From Methyloligellaceae bacterium (GTDB lineage Bacteria > Pseudomonadota > Alphaproteobacteria > Rhizobiales > CBDHHC01): a stretch of 64,000 nucleotides of DNA. Where the stretch lies: positions 212,861-276,860 of the forward strand of contig CBDHHC010000016.1 in the NCBI GenBank assembly GCA_965263345.1, written 5' to 3'. Below the pieces are notes generated by a model. It searched no databases and was not told the origin of the DNA. It worked only from the letters and a program-made list of their open reading frames with translations. Shown here piece after piece: positions 31,113-41,384 of this stretch. Numbering within the stretch: the first letter of the stretch is position 1; every line of letters begins with the position of its first letter. The position numbers were made by a program, and so were the translations under genes.

Positions 31113-32888
31113 TTATTGCTTTGTTTCGTCAGAAGCTGAAGTCTTTTTCTGTTGACTAGGTTTCAAAGCGTTACCAAGAACAGCGGCCGCGCCAGTCAAT
31201 CCATCTCCAGAACCATTCACAACCGTATGTGGCACAAGCTTCCCTACAATAGTAACAAGCTCAGGGCGCTTCTCTAAAGAATTCAAAATTTTATCAAGAG
31301 CCTGCAAAAGCGCCACACGATCTTGACCAAGAACATTTGCCTGAGCAGATTGTCCTCGCGCAAGTTCTTCTAAGAATTGACGTTCAGCACGACCAAGAGC
31401 TGCTCGTTCCTCTTCCCTTTGTTTGGCAACCTTCACCGCAATTTGCGCAGCTACCAGACGAGGTTGTTCATTTGCAGTTGATCGCGCTTGTTCAGTTTCA
31501 ATACGTTTTTCTTGCGCCGCCGTCTCACGAGAATAAGTCACAGAAAGCTGGTCAGCTAATTGTTGGCGTAATCTTGAAACAAGCAATTCCGGAGGAATAG
31601 CAGGTTCACCCAACCTGATCTCTTTTATGTCTACACCAGCTTTCAAGCCTTCAATCTTGACAAGGCCTTCAATATTCTGCTCAAGAGCATCTCTGTTTTC
31701 GAGCAAATCAAGTACACGGGTTGAACGACGCAGAATCTTCGTTTTATCTTTTGGATCAGGAAGCTCGATTTCTGATCCCGCAACATTACGAACAATCGAA
31801 CGAATAACAGGTGTCAAAATCTTATTCTCAATTTCATCCAAACCACCAACTGCTCCCACTACAATAGGGGCATTCTTTGGACTAACTTGCACCAGAACCC
31901 TTAACTCTTGTGGAATATCCCAGCCTTCAATTTTCACAAAAACAGCTCTGTCAGCTGCGTTTGTTGGAACACTATTAAGTTCAGAACGTGCCTTCTGTTG
32001 AATATTACCATTTTGGTCTAACTGCAAATCAATAAATCGTTTTGTATATCCACCTTTATAAACCCAGGTTTTAACACGGGTATCCACAAGAATAACTTCA
32101 TAAGCACGCCGATTTAAATAATACGCTCCAGGGAATAATGGTTCTCTCCAAATACCAACACACCCCTTTGGGACAAGTGGAACTGATAATGCACCCTCTA
32201 TTTTCCCGCGCTCAGAAGCTGCAGAAACTTTTTCTTCTACACAAACTGTTCCCGGTGTTTTAACATTGCTTTTAACAACGCCAACATGGCCGGCCGGTAT
32301 AAGTGTAGCTTTTGTATCTTTGCTCGATTTAACTTGAAATAAGTATTGATTGATCCGATAACTTCCAGGCTTCAAGACCGTTTCTTGAGGTCCTTTATAC
32401 CCATTGCTATTCAAAAATGTCTTAGCATCAAGCATGCTTGAAATCTTGTCATCCTCAATCTTGGGGGCAATAAACATACCTTCAGGCATCCTGGCTCCAT
32501 CAAGAGCTGTAATCTCTCCGTAAAAGCCCTCCTGAATTGTAACAACAGGTTTTTCTTCTACATCATAAAGCACACGTACAAATGGAATAAAGTGAAACCC
32601 TGGACCAAGTATCTTTGCTTGCGGCCCCTTCTGACCATCAACAGCTATAATTCGCCCAGCTGGCAAGTCTTGAAATCCATAAATCAGCTTAAGGTGTCCA
32701 ACTCTATTTGCATCAATAAAAACAAAAGACGAAGACCCTAACAAAACCAGACTTCCAATTAGCAATGCAAATCCAAAAAGCCTTTGCACAAAGCCACCAA
32801 AAGGTTTCAAAAATCTGGGATTTAATCGGTGAGTAATAATTAAAAGACTAACGAGGAGAATGATAAAGCCCAAAGCAATATTAATCAT
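31113..32888 (-). CDS. SPFH/band-7 (flotillin-like) membrane protein with long C-terminal coiled coil
   Basis: Two N-terminal TM segments, ~250-aa SPFH-like core, then E/A/R/Q-rich coiled coil. 591 aa. Confidence 0.55.
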   Translation of the reverse strand: MINIALGFIILLVSLLIITHRLNPRFLKPFGGFVQRLFGFALLIGSLVLLGSSSFVFIDANRVGHLKLIYGFQDLPAGRIIAVDGQKGPQAKILGPGFHFIPFVRVLYDVEEKPVVTIQEGFYGEITALDGARMPEGMFIAPKIEDDKISSMLDAKTFLNSNGYKGPQETVLKPGSYRINQYLFQVKSSKDTKATLIPAGHVGVVKSNVKTPGTVCVEEKVSAASERGKIEGALSVPLVPKGCVGIWREPLFPGAYYLNRRAYEVILVDTRVKTWVYKGGYTKRFIDLQLDQNGNIQQKARSELNSVPTNAADRAVFVKIEGWDIPQELRVLVQVSPKNAPIVVGAVGGLDEIENKILTPVIRSIVRNVAGSEIELPDPKDKTKILRRSTRVLDLLENRDALEQNIEGLVKIEGLKAGVDIKEIRLGEPAIPPELLVSRLRQQLADQLSVTYSRETAAQEKRIETEQARSTANEQPRLVAAQIAVKVAKQREEERAALGRAERQFLEELARGQSAQANVLGQDRVALLQALDKILNSLEKRPELVTIVGKLVPHTVVNGSGDGLTGAAAVLGNALKPSQQKKTSASDETKQ

Positions 32889-33048
32889 GCCACATACCTC
32901 AAGATACGAGATTACAAATATTTTTTTCTTTTATATATAAAGAGATAAGACGTTATAATGAAACTACAAGACAATATCGGCAGGAAGAGTTATCCGATAA
33001 CGGACTGAGGCAAAAATGTCTCAGATCACAGTCCGCCTCATTAAAAAT

Positions 33049-33501
33049 CTATCCCCGCTCATCTTTCGAAGAAGACATGCAAATATATGACGTAATACTG
33101 CTAACCTGAGGAACAGTCCCAAGAACTTCTGTATGAAAATATTTGTAAGCTTCAAGGTCTGCAACTTCAACTCTGAGCAAAAACTCGATTGTTCCTGAAA
33201 CACTATGACATTCTCTCACCTCAGGAGCACGTGCCATCGCCTCTTGAAAAGCCATCTGATCTTCTTTGAGATGACGGGATAGCCCGACGGTCACAAAAAC
33301 TGTAAACCCACCACCTAGGTAACTCCGATCAAGCACAGCCTTATAACCAAGAATAATGTCTCGGCGCTCTAAGTCCTGCACCCTTCGCAAACAGGCTGAA
33401 GCGGATAATCCAACACGTTGGGCAAGATCCGTATTGCTAATGCGCCCATCTAGCTCCAACTCACGCAATATTCTGCGGTCAATATCATCTATATTCGTCA
33501 T
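33049..33501 (-). CDS. Lrp/AsnC-family transcriptional regulator
   Basis: Start set at ATG 33501. DDIDRRILRELELDGRISNTDLAQRVGLSASACLRRVQDLE HTH plus RAM domain. Confidence 0.85.
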   Translation of the reverse strand: MTNIDDIDRRILRELELDGRISNTDLAQRVGLSASACLRRVQDLERRDIILGYKAVLDRSYLGGGFTVFVTVGLSRHLKEDQMAFQEAMARAPEVRECHSVSGTIEFLLRVEVADLEAYKYFHTEVLGTVPQVSSITSYICMSSSKDERG

Positions 33502-33574
33502 AAGTTGCAATTATAATGTAAATTTTCGCAATAAAGCAACTAAATTGCTTCATTCTTAGTTTATAAATAAATTT

Positions 33575-34171
33575 ATGACTTACGATATTATCATAGCACT
33601 GTTCATATTCTGTCTTGTATCTGCATTAACACCAGGTCCGAACAATATCATGCTCTTGGCCTCAGGCATGAACTACGGCATAGTGCGCACAATTCCACAC
33701 ATGCTAGGAATACTAGTAGGCTTTCCATCCATGGTTTTTCTGGTTGGTGTAGGTCTCTCACAAATTTTCGAAACAATCCCATACAGCTATGAAACTTTGA
33801 AAATCCTTAGTACATTATACCTGCTCTACTTGGCTTGGAAGATCGCGACAGCTGTCAAACCAAACACTGATATCCAAACAGGAAAACCTTTCACTTTTCT
33901 GCAAGCAGCAACATTCCAATGGATCAATCCAAAAGCCTGGACAATGGCCTTATCAGCGATCAGTATTTATACACCGCCAGAGCACCCATTCTATAGCATT
34001 GTCATTGTCACCTTAGCATTTGCGCTCACGGCAATTCCATCAACAAGTTTCTGGACCATCTTGGGTCATAAACTGCGCCTGCTGATACAAGATGAACAAA
34101 AACTGCGGATCTTCAATATTACCTGCGCCCTTATCTTGATCGCAACACTATACCCAATTCTCTCAGCTTGA
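33575..34171 (+). CDS. LysE/RhtB-family amino-acid exporter
   Basis: ALTPGPNN... N-terminal signature, 6 TM, 198 aa. Divergent from Lrp regulator. Confidence 0.8.
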   Translation: MTYDIIIALFIFCLVSALTPGPNNIMLLASGMNYGIVRTIPHMLGILVGFPSMVFLVGVGLSQIFETIPYSYETLKILSTLYLLYLAWKIATAVKPNTDIQTGKPFTFLQAATFQWINPKAWTMALSAISIYTPPEHPFYSIVIVTLAFALTAIPSTSFWTILGHKLRLLIQDEQKLRIFNITCALILIATLYPILSA

Positions 34172-34272
34172 TTACTTTATAAAAAAATTATGAAAATTTA
34201 TTTGAACCATTTCTAGTCTAATATCGACAAACTGTTTGAACATGAAAAAAATCAAACAAATGGATACGTAAA

Positions 34273-34716
34273 ATGAAATTAAAATTAGTCCTCAGCTTAG
34301 CAATAACAGCACTTATCAGCATTTCTTCTCTAGCGCATGCTAAGAATTTCCAAGCTGGTGGAAATGGTCCACTCAAAGTAAATAAAGTTCAGCTTGGTAT
34401 TAAATCTCCCATCACAAATACATGTCCAGCAAATGGGTTCATGAAAGTTTGGGTATTTGCCAATAAAGCAGGCACAGTTCCAATTTACATTGCGAAAGCA
34501 GGCGGCTCAAGCGTATCTGGCCCACATTATGTAAAAGTCAAAAAAACACATACAGGTCTTTACATGGGAGTGTATTCAAAAACTTTGAAAATACATCAGC
34601 CCTTCTTCGCAAAATACCGTGCTTCAGCTCCCAAACATGGCAAACTCAGCAATTGGGTACCATTAAAAGCAAGCTGTAAAATCGGTTTAGGTGGCAACGG
34701 CAACCTGAAACCTTAA
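34273..34716 (+). CDS. Hypothetical secreted protein (147 aa)
   Basis: Signal peptide ...SLAHA. Gly/Lys-rich mature part. No known domain recognised. Confidence 0.45.
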   Translation: MKLKLVLSLAITALISISSLAHAKNFQAGGNGPLKVNKVQLGIKSPITNTCPANGFMKVWVFANKAGTVPIYIAKAGGSSVSGPHYVKVKKTHTGLYMGVYSKTLKIHQPFFAKYRASAPKHGKLSNWVPLKASCKIGLGGNGNLKP

Positions 34717-34838
34717 TTCACCAATATGGCAGGGCCTCTCTTTACCAAGGGCCTTGCCAATTAACATTTTTAGCCTTGCGTTTAAGACAAAAACTTTTAT
34801 CTTTCTATCTGTTTCAAAATTCATTTTACCATTCTTTG

Positions 34839-35258
34839 ATGGAAACGATTATGTCTGATCAACAAATACCAATCTCAAAATTCCAATGCGTTACACCAAT
34901 CCTCTCTGTTAAAAATGTCCCTAAAAGCATTGACCATTATGTAAATATCCTAGGCTTCCAAAAAGACTGGGAATGGGACGAACCACCAACCTTTGCCTCT
35001 GTTTCTCGAAATGATGTCTCTATCTTCCTGTGCGAAGATGGCCAGGGACAACCAGGCATGTGGATGTCCATCTTTGTTGATGATGTTGATCAAATTTTTG
35101 AAGAATACAAAAAATCTGGTGCAAACATCCGCCAGGAACCAACCAACTTTCCATGGGGTGTCCGAGAAATGAACATCGAAGATATCGATGGCCACCGTCT
35201 CCGCATCGGATCAGACACAGATCAGGATTCCGACGGCATTTCCTTATGTGAAGATTAA
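34839..35258 (+). CDS. VOC-family (glyoxalase/bleomycin-resistance-like) protein
   Basis: Start trimmed to ATG 34839. beta-alpha-beta-beta-beta module pattern; ...VTPILSVKNVPKSIDHYVNILGF... typical of bleomycin-resistance-like VOC proteins. Confidence 0.65.
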   Translation: METIMSDQQIPISKFQCVTPILSVKNVPKSIDHYVNILGFQKDWEWDEPPTFASVSRNDVSIFLCEDGQGQPGMWMSIFVDDVDQIFEEYKKSGANIRQEPTNFPWGVREMNIEDIDGHRLRIGSDTDQDSDGISLCED

Positions 35259-35960
35259 TCTTGCACTCGCACACAAAAATCCAAAAACAGCAAAGCTTTT
35301 GAATGAAGGCTAAATATTCTAATTTTGATGGAAAATTCCAGAAAATCTTAAATTCTGTGCGATTATGCCAGTAACATAGCACACTACCGTCACGGTGTCA
35401 AGGACTACTTTCCTAGTTTTTTTAAAAGAATGATATTTATAGTGAAGGAAGAATTAAAACTTGCCTTGCTTGGTCTTAATCACTCCAACCTGTCTGGTTG
35501 GTATTGAGAGAGCATCTGATACGGCTCTTGGGATGCATATTGGTTAACAGTATAGTGATGGAAATAATACTGCATCATATACGACATAGAAATAATCACA
35601 ACTGTATAAACAAGGAATAAACACGAATTCTTCATAACTCATAAATCCGTATGCTTTACAAAATACTATTGATACTTCAATACAAAAAACGCTTCAAATA
35701 ATCGAGCAATGACAGATTACTACTTTAAGAATAACAACGACAGAAAATTCGTTAGTGCTCATTTCGCCCTGTATAAAACTTGTAAAATACAAGAAGAGAG
35801 CGCCAGATAGGAAGTCTTGGAGAGGAATAGATAAAGGGTAGGAAAAACACCGCTCAATGTATATTGAGTAAGATACCCAAGTACTGGATTTTGTGAGGTG
35901 GGTAAGGGGAAATGTCCTGAAAAACAGACTCAGGATGTATGGGTGAAAAAAACTAAAATA

Positions 35961-37646
35961 TTATTCGTGAGCTATATAATCAACATACCCTGAACGAACC
36001 CAATCAGCCCAACTATTTAAATCGCCCTTTTCGCGAATATCTTCGAGAGAATGAACAAGGAGATGCAGGTTATGATCAAGTGCATGGTGCCCAACTTGAT
36101 TATATTGGAATTCCGCCCGAGCACTCTTCATCTTCCAGGGTCTCTTAAGAAAGGAGATATAAGCATTCCACTTGGCCCGGATATGCTGTTCTTTGGTTAA
36201 GTTTCCAAATTCATGAAGATGAGACAATTGCTTTAAATAGTCATCTTGAGTGACACAATCAATTGTAAAGCCAAGCCCAGAATAACGCCCTGTACCAGCT
36301 GTAATGCAAGGCTTACCAAAGCAAGCCAGTTCCATCCCTGAAGTCCCCCGAACAGTGACACCATAATCGGCAACCTCAAAAAGGGATAAGGTACAAATAT
36401 CACTATCAGCCTCAACAAGCTTAACATGCTTTGGCAATTCACCGATTTCACTGTCTATCATGACCTTCTCGGCATAATCACAGTTGATATTCTCATATGC
36501 TCTTTTCCAGACATTCGCAGGATGAACCTTAATCAACCAATTCAACTTATCATTCTGGCAGGCAGCTTTTACTGTCTCAATAAACCAGTGCCCATAATCA
36601 TCAAAAAGATCTTCTCCGTAAAACAGATTGGCATCCCAAAGAACATGAGAAAACACCACAGCAACCTTCTTATCAGGGCAAAGTCCATAAGCAGCGTTCA
36701 GCTCATCACGGTTGTAAGACTTGGTATTTTTCTGATTGCGAGCCTGCAAAAACCATTTACCAGAATAACGATGATCAAACACCTCTTGTAAATGTTTTTC
36801 TTGAACTTCAGTCCATTCTGCTTCAATGCATTTTTCAAGCGTTTCACATGCGACAGATGCAGGGTGCTCACGCCTCGTCGAGGACGTCAGTCTTTTAAAT
36901 ATTAAAGCATCATCCTGCCAGGGTTGGATCATCTGTATGACATCCGTTCCATTCCTGATTGCCATATCCACCAAAGGACCAAAATACGAATAATTTGCCT
37001 CTATAGTAAGCGCCAGATCTGCTGATTGCAGTTCAACCAGCTTTTGTGCTTTCAAAACATGCTCAAGAATTTGAGGTAACATGCCCTCTAAAAAACGAAG
37101 GACCTCGGGTCGATTAAAATCAACAGTGCCCTCAAATCGTAATCGTGAGAGCGTTGCAATAACCTGTGGGCCAATCCAACTTTCCTTAAAGCTCCAGTTC
37201 TTAACTATTTTTAGACTAAGTGGATCTCTTAAAAAATACTGCGCTGCGCTTTTGCAATATTGAATTTCAGCTTGATTTAACTTGTAATCATCTAAATAGA
37301 CAAACTGAGTGATATCAAAAGCCTTGAAATACACTTTACCAAGCTGCATGGAACGATCTTTAAGGACGACAACGATGGTCCAACCTTCCAGACGTAAAGC
37401 AGTCGCGATAAAAGAATAGAGCTTTAAACTATAGATCGAAGCATCATCAAGCGCGAAAACAAGAAGAGTTTTCTCGTCACGCTCTATAGCATAATCCCGC
37501 AAAAAACGTGTTTGGTCATAAGTCTCATGAATATCTTGACGAATATTATAAACATCATGGCGGTTTCGCCATAATTTTGCGAGCAATTGCGCAGGAACCG
37601 CTAGAGCAGGCACACTTCCCACCAGGCGTTTTAAACGGCGATGCAC
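35961..37646 (-). CDS. Putative capsule/LPS glycan biosynthesis protein (KpsC/KpsS-Capsule_synth-like transferase)
   Basis: 561 aa, last gene of the glycan cluster. Weak similarity pattern to Capsule_synth family (..VHPAN.., GKPCITAG..). Assignment tentative. Confidence 0.35.
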   Translation of the reverse strand: MHRRLKRLVGSVPALAVPAQLLAKLWRNRHDVYNIRQDIHETYDQTRFLRDYAIERDEKTLLVFALDDASIYSLKLYSFIATALRLEGWTIVVVLKDRSMQLGKVYFKAFDITQFVYLDDYKLNQAEIQYCKSAAQYFLRDPLSLKIVKNWSFKESWIGPQVIATLSRLRFEGTVDFNRPEVLRFLEGMLPQILEHVLKAQKLVELQSADLALTIEANYSYFGPLVDMAIRNGTDVIQMIQPWQDDALIFKRLTSSTRREHPASVACETLEKCIEAEWTEVQEKHLQEVFDHRYSGKWFLQARNQKNTKSYNRDELNAAYGLCPDKKVAVVFSHVLWDANLFYGEDLFDDYGHWFIETVKAACQNDKLNWLIKVHPANVWKRAYENINCDYAEKVMIDSEIGELPKHVKLVEADSDICTLSLFEVADYGVTVRGTSGMELACFGKPCITAGTGRYSGLGFTIDCVTQDDYLKQLSHLHEFGNLTKEQHIRAKWNAYISFLKRPWKMKSARAEFQYNQVGHHALDHNLHLLVHSLEDIREKGDLNSWADWVRSGYVDYIAHE

Positions 37647-38353
37647 GTCTTATCCTCCATAATACGTCGGCGCTCCATCAACCATTCTATATATTCAAGA
37701 TCAGCTTGAGTATCGATATCATGTGAATCAGTCTCAGACATTAGATAGGGCGCACAATTGTCTCCATATAGATCACCAGACCTTATCGTACCAGGTTTCA
37801 TGACCAGAACAGCAGGTCCATTCCGAGCATACAGCACAGGTTTATCCTGACGCCTCAAAACCTTTTTATATTCTGGCAGAAATGGCTCCAATCGATTATC
37901 TTTCATCGACATAACAGAAACAGGACTATACTGGTGGGGTACTTCCCTCACACTGACAACACTACTAACGCTATTGGAAAGGAATAACCTAATAGCCTCA
38001 TCGATATGCACAGCTTCTCTTAAAGGCGATGTGGGTTGCAAAAGAACAAGTGCTGTTAATTTATCGTAAGACTTTTCAAACCAATCGAGGACATGAGATA
38101 GGACCTCAAACATGGGGGTTAAATCACCAGCAAGATCTGTAGGACGTAAAAATGGAACTTCTGCACCACACTCCAGAGCAACATCTGCAATAGTCTGATC
38201 ATCCGTAGAAACAATTGTTCGATGAACATACTGGGACTGTAAAGCAGCCTTAATCGAATAAGAAATCAATGGTTGTCCTGCCAGAATCGCAAGATTTTTG
38301 CGTGGTATCCCCTTGGAACCACCTCTAGCAGGTATCACAGCCAAAACAGTCAT
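37631..38353 (-). CDS. CMP-nonulosonic-acid (acylneuraminate) cytidylyltransferase
   Basis: MTVLAVIPARGGSKGIPRKNL... canonical NeuA/LegF/PseF N-terminus. 240 aa short form. Confidence 0.8.
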   Translation of the reverse strand: MTVLAVIPARGGSKGIPRKNLAILAGQPLISYSIKAALQSQYVHRTIVSTDDQTIADVALECGAEVPFLRPTDLAGDLTPMFEVLSHVLDWFEKSYDKLTALVLLQPTSPLREAVHIDEAIRLFLSNSVSSVVSVREVPHQYSPVSVMSMKDNRLEPFLPEYKKVLRRQDKPVLYARNGPAVLVMKPGTIRSGDLYGDNCAPYLMSETDSHDIDTQADLEYIEWLMERRRIMEDKTCIAV

Positions 38354-38383
38354 GGAGTTTTTAATTTTCGGAGATTTTAAAGA

Positions 38384-39535
38384 TTAGTAAGTAATACATT
38401 TTTGTACGGAAACATTTTCTCTCGAAAGAATATCAGCAATACGCTCACCAGCTTTTCCATCCCCATAAATCGGCTCCATCTCATAATGTCCATGAGAAAG
38501 TTGATAAGAAATCGCATCACGGATCTGATCCTGATCATAGGGAACATCAATAACATTTTTGCCCCGTTCACGAGCCGTTTGACGACTACCAATATTAACA
38601 ACAGGTGTGCCAATAAACGCCCCTTCACGAATCCCACTGCTTGAATTACCAATCAAACAAGACGTGTGTTTCATCAAGGAGACATAAGTATCTATAGGAA
38701 GGTTTTTAAAAAAATGCATGCGATCCGCAAGCTTCTTCTCCCGCCACTTTCTCATACCTTTTGCAATATCATCTGAGCCGGCATCAGCATTCGGCCATAA
38801 AGCTATCACTGGAATATCCAGCTCCTTAACAGCCTGCAATGTCATCGTAATTTGATCTTCACTAGCTCCATACTCAGTCGTAACCGGATGCTGAGAAATC
38901 AAAACAAATGGTTCATGAATATTCAATCGATCACCAACGCCGACATTAAAAATGTCTTCACTAAGACTTTGTGAATTATAGCTAAGAATATCTGCAACCA
39001 AATCAATACGTGGGCAACCAACCATATGCACATGCTCAGGTATCTCCCCAAGCTTTATAATTCGCTCTTTCGCGTCCTGACATGCTGGAAAATGAATATG
39101 CGCAAACTTAGTTACCGCATGACGAATACTCTCATCAATTGTGCCACTCACTTCACCACCCATTGTATGAGCCACAGGAATATTCATATAAGCAGCTGCG
39201 AGTGTTGTCGCCATGGTTTCAAAACGATCACCAACAGTAAGTACAATATCGGGCTTGAGTTGATTAAAAATTGTAGGAAGTTCCATGAGCCCCAGCCCTG
39301 TCGATTTTGCCATGGTCGCGGGTGTCTCTCCCTCAATCAGCATATGCACTTCGGCCACTGGTTTAAAACCATCTTTCTCAATCAACCTGACAACAGCACC
39401 ATACCGATCCAACACAGCCGAGGCCCCAACAACAAGTTGAAGTTCAAGTGAAGGATGTTTCTCAATTGCATGCAGCGCTGACTTAATACTGCTATAATTA
39501 GCCCGTGAGCCTATAAAAACGCAAATTTTTCTCAC
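38384..39535 (-). CDS. UDP-N-acetylglucosamine 2-epimerase (hydrolysing), NeuC/LegG-like
   Basis: MRKICVFIGSRANYSSIK... and overall GT-B epimerase layout, 383 aa. Confidence 0.8.
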   Translation of the reverse strand: MRKICVFIGSRANYSSIKSALHAIEKHPSLELQLVVGASAVLDRYGAVVRLIEKDGFKPVAEVHMLIEGETPATMAKSTGLGLMELPTIFNQLKPDIVLTVGDRFETMATTLAAAYMNIPVAHTMGGEVSGTIDESIRHAVTKFAHIHFPACQDAKERIIKLGEIPEHVHMVGCPRIDLVADILSYNSQSLSEDIFNVGVGDRLNIHEPFVLISQHPVTTEYGASEDQITMTLQAVKELDIPVIALWPNADAGSDDIAKGMRKWREKKLADRMHFFKNLPIDTYVSLMKHTSCLIGNSSSGIREGAFIGTPVVNIGSRQTARERGKNVIDVPYDQDQIRDAISYQLSHGHYEMEPIYGDGKAGERIADILSRENVSVQKCITY

Positions 39536-40527
39536 GCTATATCATCCCAACTAATTTTATGGTTCTCAGGAATATCATTCACAATACGTTTGCCTATCAC
39601 ATTTGAATAATCTGCAGCGCGTATACCATCACCAGGTTTTTTAAAAGAAAGATCATTGAGAGTGATGACAGTACCAGAAACCAAAGGCCTCGAGGATATA
39701 ACACTTTTCTCAAAAATATTTTTCATATCCTGATAATGACTTAAATCGTCCTTATTAACCGGATGATTGAGTATTGTCTCCGCTTCACGGATACAGCCAC
39801 AAAAAACTTTAAATTCATCTGGCTCCATACTATGTTTTGCATCACTGCCATACATCAGCTTAGAAAAAGTAAAATGCTTTTCAACTGCAACGGCACCTAA
39901 CGTCACAGCAGATATACACGCTGTAATACCAAGTGTATGATCAGAATATCCAACAGGCTTTCCATATCTATTGGCCATATCCTGCATCACATTCAAACCC
40001 ACTTTTTCTGGTGGACAGGGATAAGCAGACGTACATTGCATAACAACAAGGTCATTGTTTTTTAACACCTCAACCGCCAGATCAACTTCACTCCAGCTGC
40101 TCATACCAGAAGAAAGATAAACTGGCTTTCCTGTATCCCTCACTTTTTCTAACAACGGTAGATTACTTACCTCACCAGAAGGTATTTTATAAACACTTGC
40201 CCCCACATCCTCAAGCAGATCAACAGCCTCAATCGCAAACGGAGAAGAAAGAAATTTAACCCCCTGCTGATTGCAATGCTGAGCTAACTCCCGCCACTGC
40301 TCAAGAGTAAAAGCGGTACGTCTAAAATACTCCAGCCTTGGCTCACCTTTGAAATAAGGTGGCATAGGAGCATCAGGCAATGTTTCCGCTTCAGCAATAT
40401 GGGTCTGAAACTTTACCACACTTGCACCACATAGGGCCGCAGCCTCAATAGCTTTCATCGCATTGCCAAATGATCCATCATGCACAGACCCAATTTCAGC
40501 AATAATCTCAACGGATGAGTGACTCAA
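39532..40527 (-). CDS. Nonulosonic acid synthase (NeuB/LegI family) with C-terminal SAF domain
   Basis: TIM-barrel NeuB motifs (KFQT, ..YSDHT.G), C-terminal SAF/antifreeze-like domain. 331 aa. Confidence 0.85.
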   Translation of the reverse strand: MSHSSVEIIAEIGSVHDGSFGNAMKAIEAAALCGASVVKFQTHIAEAETLPDAPMPPYFKGEPRLEYFRRTAFTLEQWRELAQHCNQQGVKFLSSPFAIEAVDLLEDVGASVYKIPSGEVSNLPLLEKVRDTGKPVYLSSGMSSWSEVDLAVEVLKNNDLVVMQCTSAYPCPPEKVGLNVMQDMANRYGKPVGYSDHTLGITACISAVTLGAVAVEKHFTFSKLMYGSDAKHSMEPDEFKVFCGCIREAETILNHPVNKDDLSHYQDMKNIFEKSVISSRPLVSGTVITLNDLSFKKPGDGIRAADYSNVIGKRIVNDIPENHKISWDDIA

Positions 40528-41378
40528 AGTTTTCCTTTCTTATGTAAAACATTTGGCAAAGTAGCATATCCAAATACCGTAATCTTACCACTGGGTTCAA
40601 AAACTCTTTCAAGTCGAATAACATCTAACCCAGCAGAATTTATCACATGAGCAAGGCCTTTAGGATCATATAAATGACAATGTAAGGCACCCAATATATT
40701 ATCATTGCTGGGTCTTAAACCAGTTGTAATTTTATCAGGCACCTCAATATAGATCGCACTGTTTTTCTGGTTCATTGCCGATGAAACCATCTTGAGGAAT
40801 GAGACAGGATCAGCAATATGTTCTAAAACCTTATTCAATGTTATAAGGCCAAATCCCTTAAGCGTATCCTGACCAAGAAACATATCTTCTATAACATCAA
40901 ACTGTTTTAAACCTCTAAGATGCTCTGCAGCAATAGGATCAGGTTCTAAAGCTGTACATTGAGGCTTTCCCTCAGCACGTTCTACAAACCTGGAAAGAAA
41001 AACACCTGTCCCAGCGCCAATATCCAATACAGACAAATCATCATCAGATCCAAACCAATATTCAACAAATTCAATAATACGTTGAACACGTTGTGCATTA
41101 TCAGATTTATGTGCTGGCAACCCCATAACAAACTGATATTTTTCGCCTATATTCGAATTTGCAAAATCCACCTCATAATAAGAGCTTCGCACAGCCTCAA
41201 GCTTTTCTTCAGATTGTAAAGGAAGTATATTCGTTGCAATTCCGCATGTCTGGCAGTCAATCCAGAAGCGCTCATAATCAGTTGCAGCTATCCCAACACT
41301 GCGTTCAAATCGGTCTGGTTCACAAATCTTCAGCAACTCAAGACTCTTAGTTCCCGAACAGATATTACATTTAAACAT
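40524..41378 (-). CDS. Class I SAM-dependent methyltransferase with N-terminal Zn-ribbon
   Basis: CNICSG...CQTCG ribbon, motif I LDIGAGTGVF. Confidence 0.7.
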   Translation of the reverse strand: MFKCNICSGTKSLELLKICEPDRFERSVGIAATDYERFWIDCQTCGIATNILPLQSEEKLEAVRSSYYEVDFANSNIGEKYQFVMGLPAHKSDNAQRVQRIIEFVEYWFGSDDDLSVLDIGAGTGVFLSRFVERAEGKPQCTALEPDPIAAEHLRGLKQFDVIEDMFLGQDTLKGFGLITLNKVLEHIADPVSFLKMVSSAMNQKNSAIYIEVPDKITTGLRPSNDNILGALHCHLYDPKGLAHVINSAGLDVIRLERVFEPSGKITVFGYATLPNVLHKKGKL

Positions 41379-41384
41379 GTATTT

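Noticed and set aside
31337-32001. Two plus-strand ORFs (87 and 124 aa)
   Set aside because: Antisense within the SPFH/flotillin-like gene.
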